Virus record (IMG/VR): IMGVR_UViG_3300032219_000648
Origin: a virus
Reading direction: 5' to 3' (one strand)
DNA: 37,929 nucleotides
The notes under the pieces are model-generated. The model saw only the letters and a list, made by a program, of their open reading frames with translations. It had not been told where the DNA came from and ran no database searches. The position numbers were made by a program, and so were the translations under genes. Shown in pieces: positions 8,024-14,963 of the stretch (its first letter is position 1; each line of letters starts with the position of its first letter).

Positions 8024-8245
8024 ATGGACAAGATAAGGTGGCCCGACAAAGAACAAAAAGTGGACTTTGTTCCAATATTCCTGATCGGTTTCGAAGAAGA
8101 GTTCGAGCGCGGCGTAATAGTAACAACCACTGCGCATGGTATACTGAGCGAAGTTGATCCTAAGTTTGCGGTCTATGCTATAGACGCAGCGATAGACATG
8201 CTGATGCAGAAGCGCGACCAAATTGAAAAGAGGGATTTGAACTAA
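8024..8245 (+). CDS. Hypothetical protein, 73 aa
   Basis: AGGGGA SD. The stop overlaps the primase start (TAATG). Confidence 0.65.
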   Translation: MDKIRWPDKEQKVDFVPIFLIGFEEEFERGVIVTTTAHGILSEVDPKFAVYAIDAAIDMLMQKRDQIEKRDLN

Positions 8246-10719
8246 TGAAATTTAAGACACTGTATGAGGTCGGGTTCACTGACCTCGTGTCCGTTATCCC
8301 GCCGAACGCTGAATTGTCGGCCATGTCTAAAATCCAAGCGGATCAGGCAGGCAAAGCGCCCGGTCGGCAGAATGCGCAGGGCACATGGGGTGGCTATGCT
8401 TGGCAGGACTATGCGCCGACGCCCAATGACGTTGAGCGGTGGGACCGCAGCCATGCTAATATTGGCTTGAAGGCCAGCAAATATCCTGCGGTTGACATTG
8501 ATGTTGTTAACGAGGGGCTGGCTCGGGTCATTGGCGATATGGCGGTGAAGGCATTGGGCAAAGCACCTATGCGTATTGGTCGTTACCCCAAGCGCCTGTT
8601 CATGTATCGCACCGATGAAAAGATCGGCCGTATGCAGGTGCGCTTTCGTGACGGCCGGGGTGTCGAGCAGCTTGTAGAATTTCTAGGGGACGGGCAGCAA
8701 TACGTCATCGCAGGTATTCACCCTATCACTAAGGAGCCATACAGTCTCGATGTGGACTTGGAGGCACGCGGCCCGGCTGGGTTGAAGAAGGTCACGCGAG
8801 ATAAGATTGAGCGGTTCTTTGCTGATCTGACGGAGACGTTGGAGATGATGGGCTGCCAGATTATCCACGCCGACAAGACGGCGCAGAAGGCAGTCGAGCG
8901 GCAGTCGGTAGATCAGGCTTCGCTTACTGCGCCAAGCGTTGTCCATGTGGCTGCTGCCGTGACCGCAATCCCAAACAAGACCGAACACTTCCCTGACCGG
9001 GATGACTATATCCGCATGGGCTATGCCATCAAGGCGGCATGTGGCCCTGACAATGAGACGGATGCGTTCGAGATTTTCGCAGGCTGGGCCGAGCGTTGGG
9101 AAGACGGGGTTAACTCGCTCGATACTATCGAAGCAGACTTCGGCCGTATGCACCCGCCCTATGAGTTGGGTTGGGACTGGCTGGCGAACAAGGCTGCGAC
9201 CTTTGGCTATAAGCGCGAGGTCGATGAGTTCGACGTGGCGGACTTCAGCGACGAAGACTTCGGCGTGGTGGCCTCGGCTGGCGAAACGCCGATTGAGTAT
9301 AGTGACATTGCTCTCGCGCAGCGCGTTGCTCGGCTACACGTTTCGGATATCCGATACGTTGTGGGCGGCATGGGCTGGGTCGCATGGGATGGCAACAAGT
9401 GGGCTTTGGACGTGGCGAAGAAGCATGTGGCCATCGTCCGCAAGGTCTGCGCTCAAGCGTCGGCCGAAGCCTTGGAGAAGATTGAAAGCCCACAAAAGGG
9501 TGAGCGGATCGCGCAGCGTGTGGCGTCGTATAATGTCATCGCTAACGTCGCCAAGTTGGCGGCTGTCGAGCCGATGATGCAGGCGACAACCGAGCAGCTA
9601 GACGCCGACATCTATATCCTCAACACCCGGTCGGGGATGGTGGATTTGAAGACGGGGGTCTTGTTTGCGCATGACCGTTCACGCATGTGCACAAAATGCA
9701 CATCGGTCGAGGCGGACTTCAGTAAGCCTGCCCCGCAATGGCAAGCGTTTCTCAATGAGGCGTGCAACGGTGATGCTGAGATGATTTCTTACCTTCAAAG
9801 GCTGGCTGGCTATTCGGCTACGGGTAGCACCAAAGAGCATGTGCTTGCCTTCGCCCACGGCTCCGGCGGCAATGGCAAAGGAACCTTCCTCGGAGCGATA
9901 GGAAACATCCTTGGCGATTATGCCACCGTGGCCAGTGCGGACGTATTCTTGGCGTCGAACAATCAGCGTCACCCTACAGAGTTGGCGTCGTTGATGGGGG
10001 CAAGGCTCGTTCACGCGCAGGAGATTGACCCGTCGCGCAAGTGGGACGAAGCCAAGGTCAAGAGCCTGACCGGCGGGGACAAGATCAGTGCGCGGTTCAT
10101 GCGGCAGGATTTGTTTGAGTTCGAGCCGCAGTTCACGCTTGTAATCGCAGGCAATACGAAGCCAGAGATTACTAATGTGGACGATGCTATGCGTCGGCGT
10201 ATGCACCTGATCCCGTTCGAGACAAAGCCGCTCCGCAAGGACGTTGACTTGCCGGACAAGCTGAAGGAGGAATACCCGGCCATCTTGGCGTGGGTTATCG
10301 AAGGTGCGAAGGCTTGGCTGGAGCAGGGCTTAAACCCGCCGAAGGCAGTAATCCAAGCTACCGAGGATTATCTCGCAGGAGAGGACGCCTTGGCCCGCTG
10401 GATCACTGAACGCTGCGTGGCTGGCGCGGACAATGAGATGACTACCAATGAAGCGTTCAATGATTTCCGCGATTGGTGCAAGGATAATAATGAGGCCAAG
10501 GGGCGTGACTGGTCGCAGCGTAAGTTCAATGGAGAGATGAAGACGCATGGCTATGAACCCACAAGGGATCGGGCGACACGAACGAAGCGTGTGTTCCGTG
10601 GTCTTGAACTTCTCATTGGCGATGCGGACCACATGATAATAAACGCCATGATAGATGAAGGGTCGGACGATTTCTTTGGCGTTCAGATTAACTTCAAAGC
10701 AGGTGAGGGAGATGAATAA
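8245..10719 (+). CDS. Bifunctional primase-polymerase (AEP/PrimPol) fused to D5/P4-alpha-like SF3 helicase
   Basis: AEP motifs AVDIDV and IAGIHPITKEPY. PriCT-like DRDDYIRMGYAIKAACG. Walker A GSGGNGKGT and Walker B LVHAQEID. C-terminal winged-helix-like tail. Confidence 0.9.
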   Translation: MKFKTLYEVGFTDLVSVIPPNAELSAMSKIQADQAGKAPGRQNAQGTWGGYAWQDYAPTPNDVERWDRSHANIGLKASKYPAVDIDVVNEGLARVIGDMAVKALGKAPMRIGRYPKRLFMYRTDEKIGRMQVRFRDGRGVEQLVEFLGDGQQYVIAGIHPITKEPYSLDVDLEARGPAGLKKVTRDKIERFFADLTETLEMMGCQIIHADKTAQKAVERQSVDQASLTAPSVVHVAAAVTAIPNKTEHFPDRDDYIRMGYAIKAACGPDNETDAFEIFAGWAERWEDGVNSLDTIEADFGRMHPPYELGWDWLANKAATFGYKREVDEFDVADFSDEDFGVVASAGETPIEYSDIALAQRVARLHVSDIRYVVGGMGWVAWDGNKWALDVAKKHVAIVRKVCAQASAEALEKIESPQKGERIAQRVASYNVIANVAKLAAVEPMMQATTEQLDADIYILNTRSGMVDLKTGVLFAHDRSRMCTKCTSVEADFSKPAPQWQAFLNEACNGDAEMISYLQRLAGYSATGSTKEHVLAFAHGSGGNGKGTFLGAIGNILGDYATVASADVFLASNNQRHPTELASLMGARLVHAQEIDPSRKWDEAKVKSLTGGDKISARFMRQDLFEFEPQFTLVIAGNTKPEITNVDDAMRRRMHLIPFETKPLRKDVDLPDKLKEEYPAILAWVIEGAKAWLEQGLNPPKAVIQATEDYLAGEDALARWITERCVAGADNEMTTNEAFNDFRDWCKDNNEAKGRDWSQRKFNGEMKTHGYEPTRDRATRTKRVFRGLELLIGDADHMIINAMIDEGSDDFFGVQINFKAGEGDE

Positions 10720-11117
10720 TGCATAACTACGAAGAGAGACTAAGGAACTGGTCTATGACGCCTGACACTCTCGCCGCCATCCACCTAGATGCGGCGTTGT
10801 TTGGCGTTCCAGAAAATGAAATGGTTAGGCTTAAGATTGTCGGCCTGTCCAGATCGCTCAACGCGACTGCTTCAAGGGTTTACAATTTGGAAAAAGATAA
10901 CGAGTTGTCTAGGATTGCAATCTTTGGCCTAACCAAATCGCTCGATGTGGCTGCCTCACAGGTTCACAAGTTAGAAAAAGAAAACGAGTTCATGCGGGCG
11001 GAAATTAAAAAGGCACGTTGGTATCTGAAAGGGAGGGCGATATTGGTTAAATTCTTTGGGTTCCTGTCATGGTTCAGGATGTTTAAACGTGGCGAAGGCC
11101 AGCAAGAAAGGGTGTGA
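10719..11117 (+). CDS. Hypothetical coiled-coil protein with an internal 28-aa tandem duplication
   Basis: TAATG coupling and a GAGGGAG SD. Residues 39-66 and 67-94 are paralogous (IVGLSRSLNATASRVYNLEKDNE / IFGLTKSLDVAASQVHKLEKENE). Confidence 0.7.
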   Translation: MHNYEERLRNWSMTPDTLAAIHLDAALFGVPENEMVRLKIVGLSRSLNATASRVYNLEKDNELSRIAIFGLTKSLDVAASQVHKLEKENEFMRAEIKKARWYLKGRAILVKFFGFLSWFRMFKRGEGQQERV

Positions 11118-11121
11118 TGGT

Positions 11122-11415
11122 ATGTATGGGAATGATTTTATGAAATACAAAGACATTCGGGATGCGCTCAATCATGAGGTCGTCAGTGACGAGGAAGTCG
11201 ATGCGGTCAATAGCCCTCCGCACTACACGGCGGGAGGGATTGAAGCGATTGACGCCATTGAGGCCGCGCTAAGCGACGAAGGCTTTCGCGGCGCGTTGAA
11301 AGCGAATGTCCTCAAATATCTCTGGCGCTATGAAAAGAAAGCCGATCCAGTTGCGGACCTTCGCAAAGCGAGATGGTATCTTGATCGGCTGATACAAAAA
11401 GTTGAGGGGGCATAA
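11122..11415 (+). CDS. DUF3310 (SaV-like) protein
   Basis: SPPHYTAGGIEAIDAIEAAL ... ALKANVLKYLWRY ... DLRKARWYLDRL matches the DUF3310 pattern as I recall it. Confidence 0.75.
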   Translation: MYGNDFMKYKDIRDALNHEVVSDEEVDAVNSPPHYTAGGIEAIDAIEAALSDEGFRGALKANVLKYLWRYEKKADPVADLRKARWYLDRLIQKVEGA

Positions 11416-11430
11416 CGCCCCCTCTTTTTT
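11404..11430 (+). terminator. Rho-independent terminator ending the rightward early/replication operon
   Basis: GAGGGGGC (11404-11411), loop ATAAC, GCCCCCTC (11417-11424), then TTTTTT (11425-11430). It overlaps the stop of the convergent minus-strand ORF. Confidence 0.8.
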
Positions 11431-11584
11431 ATAGTGCGTTGAAGCCGACGGGCCATGCGTTGGCGGGCTTGTCGGTTTTCGTTATTTTATATTGTGAACC
11501 GCCATAGCGAATACGGGCCGTGCGTTCGTTCTCGTATATGCCGACGGACCGACCCGTCTTGAGGTTGGTGACTTCGTAGTTCAT
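11429..11584 (-). CDS. Hypothetical protein, 51 aa (MNYEVTNLKTGRSVGIYENERTARIRYGGSQYKITKTDKPANAWPVGFNAL)
   Basis: AGGGAAG SD 5 nt upstream and its own sigma70-type promoter at 11641-11669. Below the track cutoff. Confidence 0.6.
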   Translation of the reverse strand: MNYEVTNLKTGRSVGIYENERTARIRYGGSQYKITKTDKPANAWPVGFNAL

Positions 11585-11640
11585 ATTTTCTTCCCTTTTA
11601 AAAAGCGGTCGGAGGGTTGGCCCTCTCGATCCGCGTTTGC

Positions 11641-11669
11641 ATTATGGAACAATGTTCCGGTCTTGTCAA
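11641..11669 (-). promoter_or_regulatory. Sigma70-type promoter TTGACA-N17-CATAAT with a GGAAC-N3-GTTCC operator in the spacer
   Basis: On the minus strand: TTGACA (11669-11664), a 17-nt spacer, CATAAT (11646-11641). The palindrome GGAACAATGTTCC (11646-11658) fills the spacer. A 10-bp palindrome CTAATATTAG lies just upstream (11673-11682). Confidence 0.6.
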
Positions 11670-11715
11670 GTGCTAATATTAGGGCCGAAGTGGACCTAAC
11701 TTGGCTTGAGATAAA

Positions 11716-12001
11716 ATCCGTGCACGGTTTGAGAGGGTCCGTGCATGGTTGGTGCACGGTTTAGGGCCGGATAAAATGGCTGAAATCTAAGGATGTGCCG
11801 GAAGTGCACGGTTTAAAAAAGTTAATCCGCTCTTACGACAGTAACAGTGTTAGAAGTGGTCATATTACAATGTTACTTACTTATGGGAACCAATGCGCCG
11901 ACAAACCGTGCACTCCGTGCACATTGGCGGAAATGCGTGGGTAAACCCGGCCCTAAACCCGGCCCGAACCGTGCACGGAGATATGCAAACCGTGCACGGA
12001 T
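11716..12001. repeat. 286-bp modular imperfect palindrome (axis 11858/11859) built from GTGCACGG(TTT) and other boxes around an AT-rich core
   Basis: Mirrored box pairs: 11716-11730/11987-12001 (15/15), 11738-11750/11967-11979 (12/13), 11758-11770/11947-11959 (13/13), 11793-11798/11919-11924 (6/6), 11801-11814/11903-11916 (13/14), 11841-11850/11867-11876 (9/10). The spacers between boxes match at only 2-5 of 10 positions. Confidence 0.9.
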
Positions 12002-12013
12002 GGCAGTTTTCCG

Positions 12014-12541
12014 TTAATCGTCGTCAAAAACACCCGGCAAGTCGTCCGCATCGAGGTTATGAGAGCCGACTTGCTTGGTTGGTGTGATGTCGATGACTTC
12101 TGGTTCATCGGCGTCGAGGGTATGTGGATTTGATGACGCCAAGTTTAGCTGGCGCAGTGCATCAAGGTGGAGTTGGTTCACGTTGACTTGGACCGCTGTG
12201 GTCGGCTTGGCTTGGAACTTCTCTGGTGCTGCAACGCCAGCCAGCCACTTGCGTGTTTCAATCTTGAGCCTGTCAGCATTGGCCGATGTGTTGTCCGAGG
12301 CATCGGCAATGTCGAGGCACTCATCTGCCCATTGGTCAGCCGCGATTGCCCGCGCCTGTTTAAACCGCTCCTCCCGATCCGGGTCTTTGCGTATCCAATG
12401 ATAGAGCGACAGGTTGCTGATGTTCAATTCACGAGCGAGGCCAGCCATTGTCAGGCCGGAAGCAATCTTCTCCAGCAGAACAGTCTCGCCAACCTTATCT
12501 AAGTTTGACGCAATCGTGCGCCGTTTAATATGTCCAGCCAT
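12014..12541 (-). CDS. terS: Terminase small subunit, Sf6 gp1-like
   Basis: HTH region GLTMAGLARELNISNLSLYHWIRKDPDREERFKQARAIAADQWADECLDIADAS ... RLKIETRKWLAGVAAPEKF parallels Sf6 gp1 (FRWLAKHEDFRDKYAKATEARAD...IADNA...RLRVDTRKWALARMNPRKYG) as I recall it. AAGGA SD. Confidence 0.75.
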   Translation of the reverse strand: MAGHIKRRTIASNLDKVGETVLLEKIASGLTMAGLARELNISNLSLYHWIRKDPDREERFKQARAIAADQWADECLDIADASDNTSANADRLKIETRKWLAGVAAPEKFQAKPTTAVQVNVNQLHLDALRQLNLASSNPHTLDADEPEVIDITPTKQVGSHNLDADDLPGVFDDD

Positions 12542-12552
12542 GTCTTATCCTT

Positions 12553-12597
12553 TATATGCCTCTAGAAGCCCATATAAAGCCCATAGAGAGGCATATA
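12553..12597. promoter_or_regulatory. 11-bp inverted repeat in the HTH-terS intergenic gap
   Basis: TATATGCCTCT (12553-12563) and AGAGGCATATA (12587-12597) with a 23-nt loop containing GCCCATA twice. It ends 6 nt from the terS SD on the minus-strand transcript. Confidence 0.5.
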
Positions 12598-12629
12598 GGG
12601 CGATTGCTAGGTAACTATCCCGATTGTAG

Positions 12630-12809
12630 CTATGCACGCTCCAGACCCCTTAAAAACGTCTCTAAGAGGATAGAGACTGGAGCGGGGACTGAACGGCCAC
12701 CTTGTTCATAGTATCTGATCGACCTTTCGGACAGTCCTATCTTGTAGGCAAGCTGCCCTTGCGTTAGCTTCAGCCTCTCGCGTGTTGCTTTAAATTCTTC
12801 ACTTGTCAT
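12630..12809 (-). CDS. Cro/XRE-family helix-turn-helix protein, 59 aa
   Basis: LKLTQGQLAYKIGLSERSIRYYEQGGRSVPAPVSILLE is a canonical HTH_3 pattern. ATGA-coupled to the upstream ORF. Below the track cutoff. Confidence 0.75.
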   Translation of the reverse strand: MTSEEFKATRERLKLTQGQLAYKIGLSERSIRYYEQGGRSVPAPVSILLETFLRGLERA

Positions 12810-12976
12810 TTGCTTTGTTCCTCAAGTCCGCGCCGGATGCCCTGCTCAACGAGGCGCATCCAGATTGTGTGGTCCCAACCGCCGGACAGATATAGCTGCC
12901 CATCGCTGTTGTCCTGCTTTTCGCATTGAGCCGCGCAAATTTGCCGTGCGGCGTGTGTTATTTCTTTATCGGTCAT
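12806..12976 (-). CDS. Hypothetical protein, 56 aa
   Basis: ATGA overlaps at both ends and an AAGGA SD. Below the track cutoff. Confidence 0.55.
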   Translation of the reverse strand: MTDKEITHAARQICAAQCEKQDNSDGQLYLSGGWDHTIWMRLVEQGIRRGLEEQSK

Positions 12977-13176
12977 GCTTCATCCTTTAGCGCCTTTTCG
13001 GCGTCCTCAATTAATTCGATGGGTGGGTAGCGCAGATAGGACACATGGTCTTTGCCTATCACGCCAAGCATCTCAAGAAACTCCATCAAGCGATAGGCCA
13101 AGGTTTCCCCGGCCCGTTCGATGTATCGTTCGGGCAGTGCCAATTCGTCGTCCTCATCGTCGTCGTAGTAGGTCAT
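12973..13176 (-). CDS. Strongly acidic hypothetical protein, 67 aa
   Basis: MTYYDDDEDDELALPE... By my count 19 D/E versus 7 K/R. ATGA overlaps at both ends. Confidence 0.65.
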   Translation of the reverse strand: MTYYDDDEDDELALPERYIERAGETLAYRLMEFLEMLGVIGKDHVSYLRYPPIELIEDAEKALKDEA

Positions 13177-13310
13177 TTGCTTTGTTCCTTTTCACGTTCT
13201 GCGCGGCGTTCGGCAAAGGTCTTGCCATCGAGGCCGCGCAGCGGCCAAGCATCGTCTGACGATACGCGGTGGTTCCGGCCCATTGGCGCGGCTTGCTGTG
13301 GTTTAATCAT
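13173..13310 (-). CDS. Hypothetical protein, 45 aa
   Basis: The start at 13310 is preceded by the conserved cassette CAAAAGGAGCATAAC. The track start at 13367 lacks an SD. Confidence 0.5.
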   Translation of the reverse strand: MIKPQQAAPMGRNHRVSSDDAWPLRGLDGKTFAERRAEREKEQSK

Positions 13311-13330
13311 GTTATGCTCCTTTTGTTTTG

Positions 13331-13759
13331 TTAAACTATTTCCAGGCCATTGCCGCCGGATTGCCAAGGGATATTGCGAAACTTGAACGATCCGCCGTTC
13401 TGACCGACAAGGCGGTATACTGGCACTGAATAACGGCTTACTTGGTCAAAGCCGCACAATTCAAAATGACTAGGCCATTCGATAACGTCCGCATAATCGG
13501 CCAGTCGCTTTGCGTAGCGTTTGCTTTGCAGAAGCTTGATGCCGCTGTCGTGCAACTCGCCGACAACTTTAGGGCAGTCGCGGTCAATCATGGCAAGCGC
13601 CAGATATATATCATCACCCGCTGCCCTAGGGCAGGTCGCGCTAACCGATAGTCCGGCGCGGCGGCGACCCTCGGCGTTGAGGGCTTTGCGTAAGCCAATG
13701 ATGTTTGTTTTCGTGACGCTGCCGCTGGCGATTGCGTCAATATGTTTTTGGAATGTCAT
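13331..13759 (-). CDS. Hypothetical protein, 142 aa
   Basis: The start at 13759 is preceded by the identical CAAAAGGAGCATAAC cassette. No motif recognised. Confidence 0.7.
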   Translation of the reverse strand: MTFQKHIDAIASGSVTKTNIIGLRKALNAEGRRRAGLSVSATCPRAAGDDIYLALAMIDRDCPKVVGELHDSGIKLLQSKRYAKRLADYADVIEWPSHFELCGFDQVSRYSVPVYRLVGQNGGSFKFRNIPWQSGGNGLEIV

Positions 13760-13760
13760 G

Positions 13761-13958
13761 TTATGCTCCTTTTGCTTTAGTGATTGCGGTTTCGATGGTG
13801 TCGCGGACATCCATCCATTCGGCGCGGTCAGTGTAGCCGCTCTTGCGAATGTATGCGGATGCCGCTTCTAGCGCCAACAACAAGTCAGGCGCGGCATCGT
13901 GCATCAGTTTGCGGCGGCGGTTGCGCTCTTGCGCGGCGGCGTAGTAATCAAAAGCCAT
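13761..13958 (-). CDS. Hypothetical protein, 65 aa
   Basis: Start preceded by GAGGGAAGCATAAC. Predicted helical with a basic centre. Confidence 0.65.
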   Translation of the reverse strand: MAFDYYAAAQERNRRRKLMHDAAPDLLLALEAASAYIRKSGYTDRAEWMDVRDTIETAITKAKGA

Positions 13959-13959
13959 G

Positions 13960-14049
13960 TTATGCTTCCCTCACTGTTTCAATGATTGCGTAGATCGATA
14001 GGGCCAAGACGCCCCAAAAGAATGCGTTGATTGCTATGTGGGCTGTCAT
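13960..14049 (-). CDS. 29-aa single-pass membrane peptide (MTAHIAINAFFWGVLALSIYAIIETVREA)
   Basis: ATGA overlap with the upstream stop. Hydrophobic core of about 20 aa. Below the track cutoff. Confidence 0.4.
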   Translation of the reverse strand: MTAHIAINAFFWGVLALSIYAIIETVREA

Positions 14050-14315
14050 GCTGCATCCGCTTCCATCATGTCGGCGTGATGTTCTGCCAGTGCGTCCCAA
14101 TCGACGCTGTTAAGGTCGAGCATATCCCAGATGAACCCTGCGCCTGTGCTTTCAAACCCAATAAATTCTCCAACGTAATTCTCAACGCTGTCGCGGCAAT
14201 ATTCTGGAGTAACATCTACACCGTCTTCGGTAGCTAAAGCCCAGCCATCGCCGAACCATAGGTTTACAGTCCAAGTGGCTGCATTGCGCCATCCGTTGCA
14301 TGAAATATCTGTCAT
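14046..14315 (-). CDS. Acidic hypothetical protein, 89 aa
   Basis: NGWRNAATWTVNLWF motif. About 18 D/E versus 2 K/R. Preceded by the conserved 39-nt leader with an AGGAG SD. Confidence 0.7.
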   Translation of the reverse strand: MTDISCNGWRNAATWTVNLWFGDGWALATEDGVDVTPEYCRDSVENYVGEFIGFESTGAGFIWDMLDLNSVDWDALAEHHADMMEADAA

Positions 14316-14396
14316 AGTTTCTCACTCCTATTATTGGCACTAGCGCCATAAATGCCGCGCAAGGTTAGTTGCGCGGCTAATATGGTGTTAGGCTGC
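14311..14396. repeat. Intergenic junction cassette, copy A (stop context, GC hairpin, 39-nt conserved leader)
   Basis: 14311-14349 matches 14542-14579 with a single 1-nt indel. Hairpin GCCGCGCAA/TTGCGCGGC at 14354-14377. GGTGTTAGGCTGC at 14384-14396 recurs at 14609-14621. Confidence 0.85.
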
Positions 14397-14546
14397 AAGC
14401 CATTCGTCATATGACAGCAGCGGTTGCCCGTTGCGGGTTATGTCGCCGCCCTTGCCGTCATTCGCGCACGATAGATAAATCTGATACTCGCTATCGTTGT
14501 CGCCGCGATAGCTGGTCTGCCAGAATTGTTCACGTTCAGTAGTCAT
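14388..14546 (-). CDS. Hypothetical protein, 52 aa
   Basis: Preceded by copy B of the conserved leader (AGGAG SD). Ends with AA-stop like the upstream gene. Below the track cutoff. Confidence 0.55.
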   Translation of the reverse strand: MTTEREQFWQTSYRGDNDSEYQIYLSCANDGKGGDITRNGQPLLSYDEWLAA

Positions 14547-14621
14547 AGTTTCTCACTCCTTTATTGGCACTAGCGCCATCCTCGCGGCGGATTGCTCCGC
14601 CGTCCGGTGGTGTTAGGCTGC
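14542..14621. repeat. Intergenic junction cassette, copy B
   Basis: Same architecture as 14311-14396. Hairpin GCGGCGGA-TTGC-TCCGCCG at 14584-14602. Confidence 0.85.
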
Positions 14622-14963
14622 TTCTCCCCATGCGATTGCAGCTTGCGTCCGAACATGTGGTGGCAAACATTGCAGCTTACAGGCGATATTGAGAGCGATT
14701 ACCATTGTGCCACAATCAGAGCCAATAAAGAGCGCCTTCTCGTATGGCGTCATATCATCCCGGCCGATGATGTCGTATGCGCTCAGACAGGCCTTAAATG
14801 ACGCCATGGCACCTTGACGCGCTCTCTCATTAGGGGTGAGCATGGCAGACGTATCGTGCACCTCCGCCTGTTGAATTAGGGCTGTGCGGAATGTTTCATC
14901 ATGGCAGACTATCGACCGTTCAATGATGTCGCGGGCTGTCGGATTGGCTGGCAAACTATACAT
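14613..14963 (-). CDS. Hypothetical protein, 116 aa
   Basis: ATG 14963 has an AGGAG SD 8 nt upstream. The track start at 14972 is a GTG abutting the SD. Confidence 0.7.
   Translation of the reverse strand: MYSLPANPTARDIIERSIVCHDETFRTALIQQAEVHDTSAMLTPNERARQGAMASFKACLSAYDIIGRDDMTPYEKALFIGSDCGTMVIALNIACKLQCLPPHVRTQAAIAWGEAA

Noticed and set aside
8861-8869. DnaA-box-like TTATCCACG
   Set aside because: It is a single copy inside the primase coding region with one mismatch to the consensus. It is expected by chance.
9679-10206. 175-aa minus-strand ORF, plus several other 60-190-aa ORFs inside 8245-10719
   Set aside because: They are nested within or antisense to the primase-helicase gene, whose Walker and AEP motifs fix the real frame.
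11716-12001. CRISPR array as an explanation of the GTGCACGG repeats
   Set aside because: The boxes are only 11-15 bp and occur in inverted mirrored orientation with irregular 7-40 bp gaps. There are no cas genes or leader.
11893-12087. 64-aa plus-strand ORF (MRRQTVHSVH...)
   Set aside because: It is generated by the GTGCAC repeat boxes of the palindrome (repeated TVH tripeptides), overlaps the terS 3' end, and has no SD.
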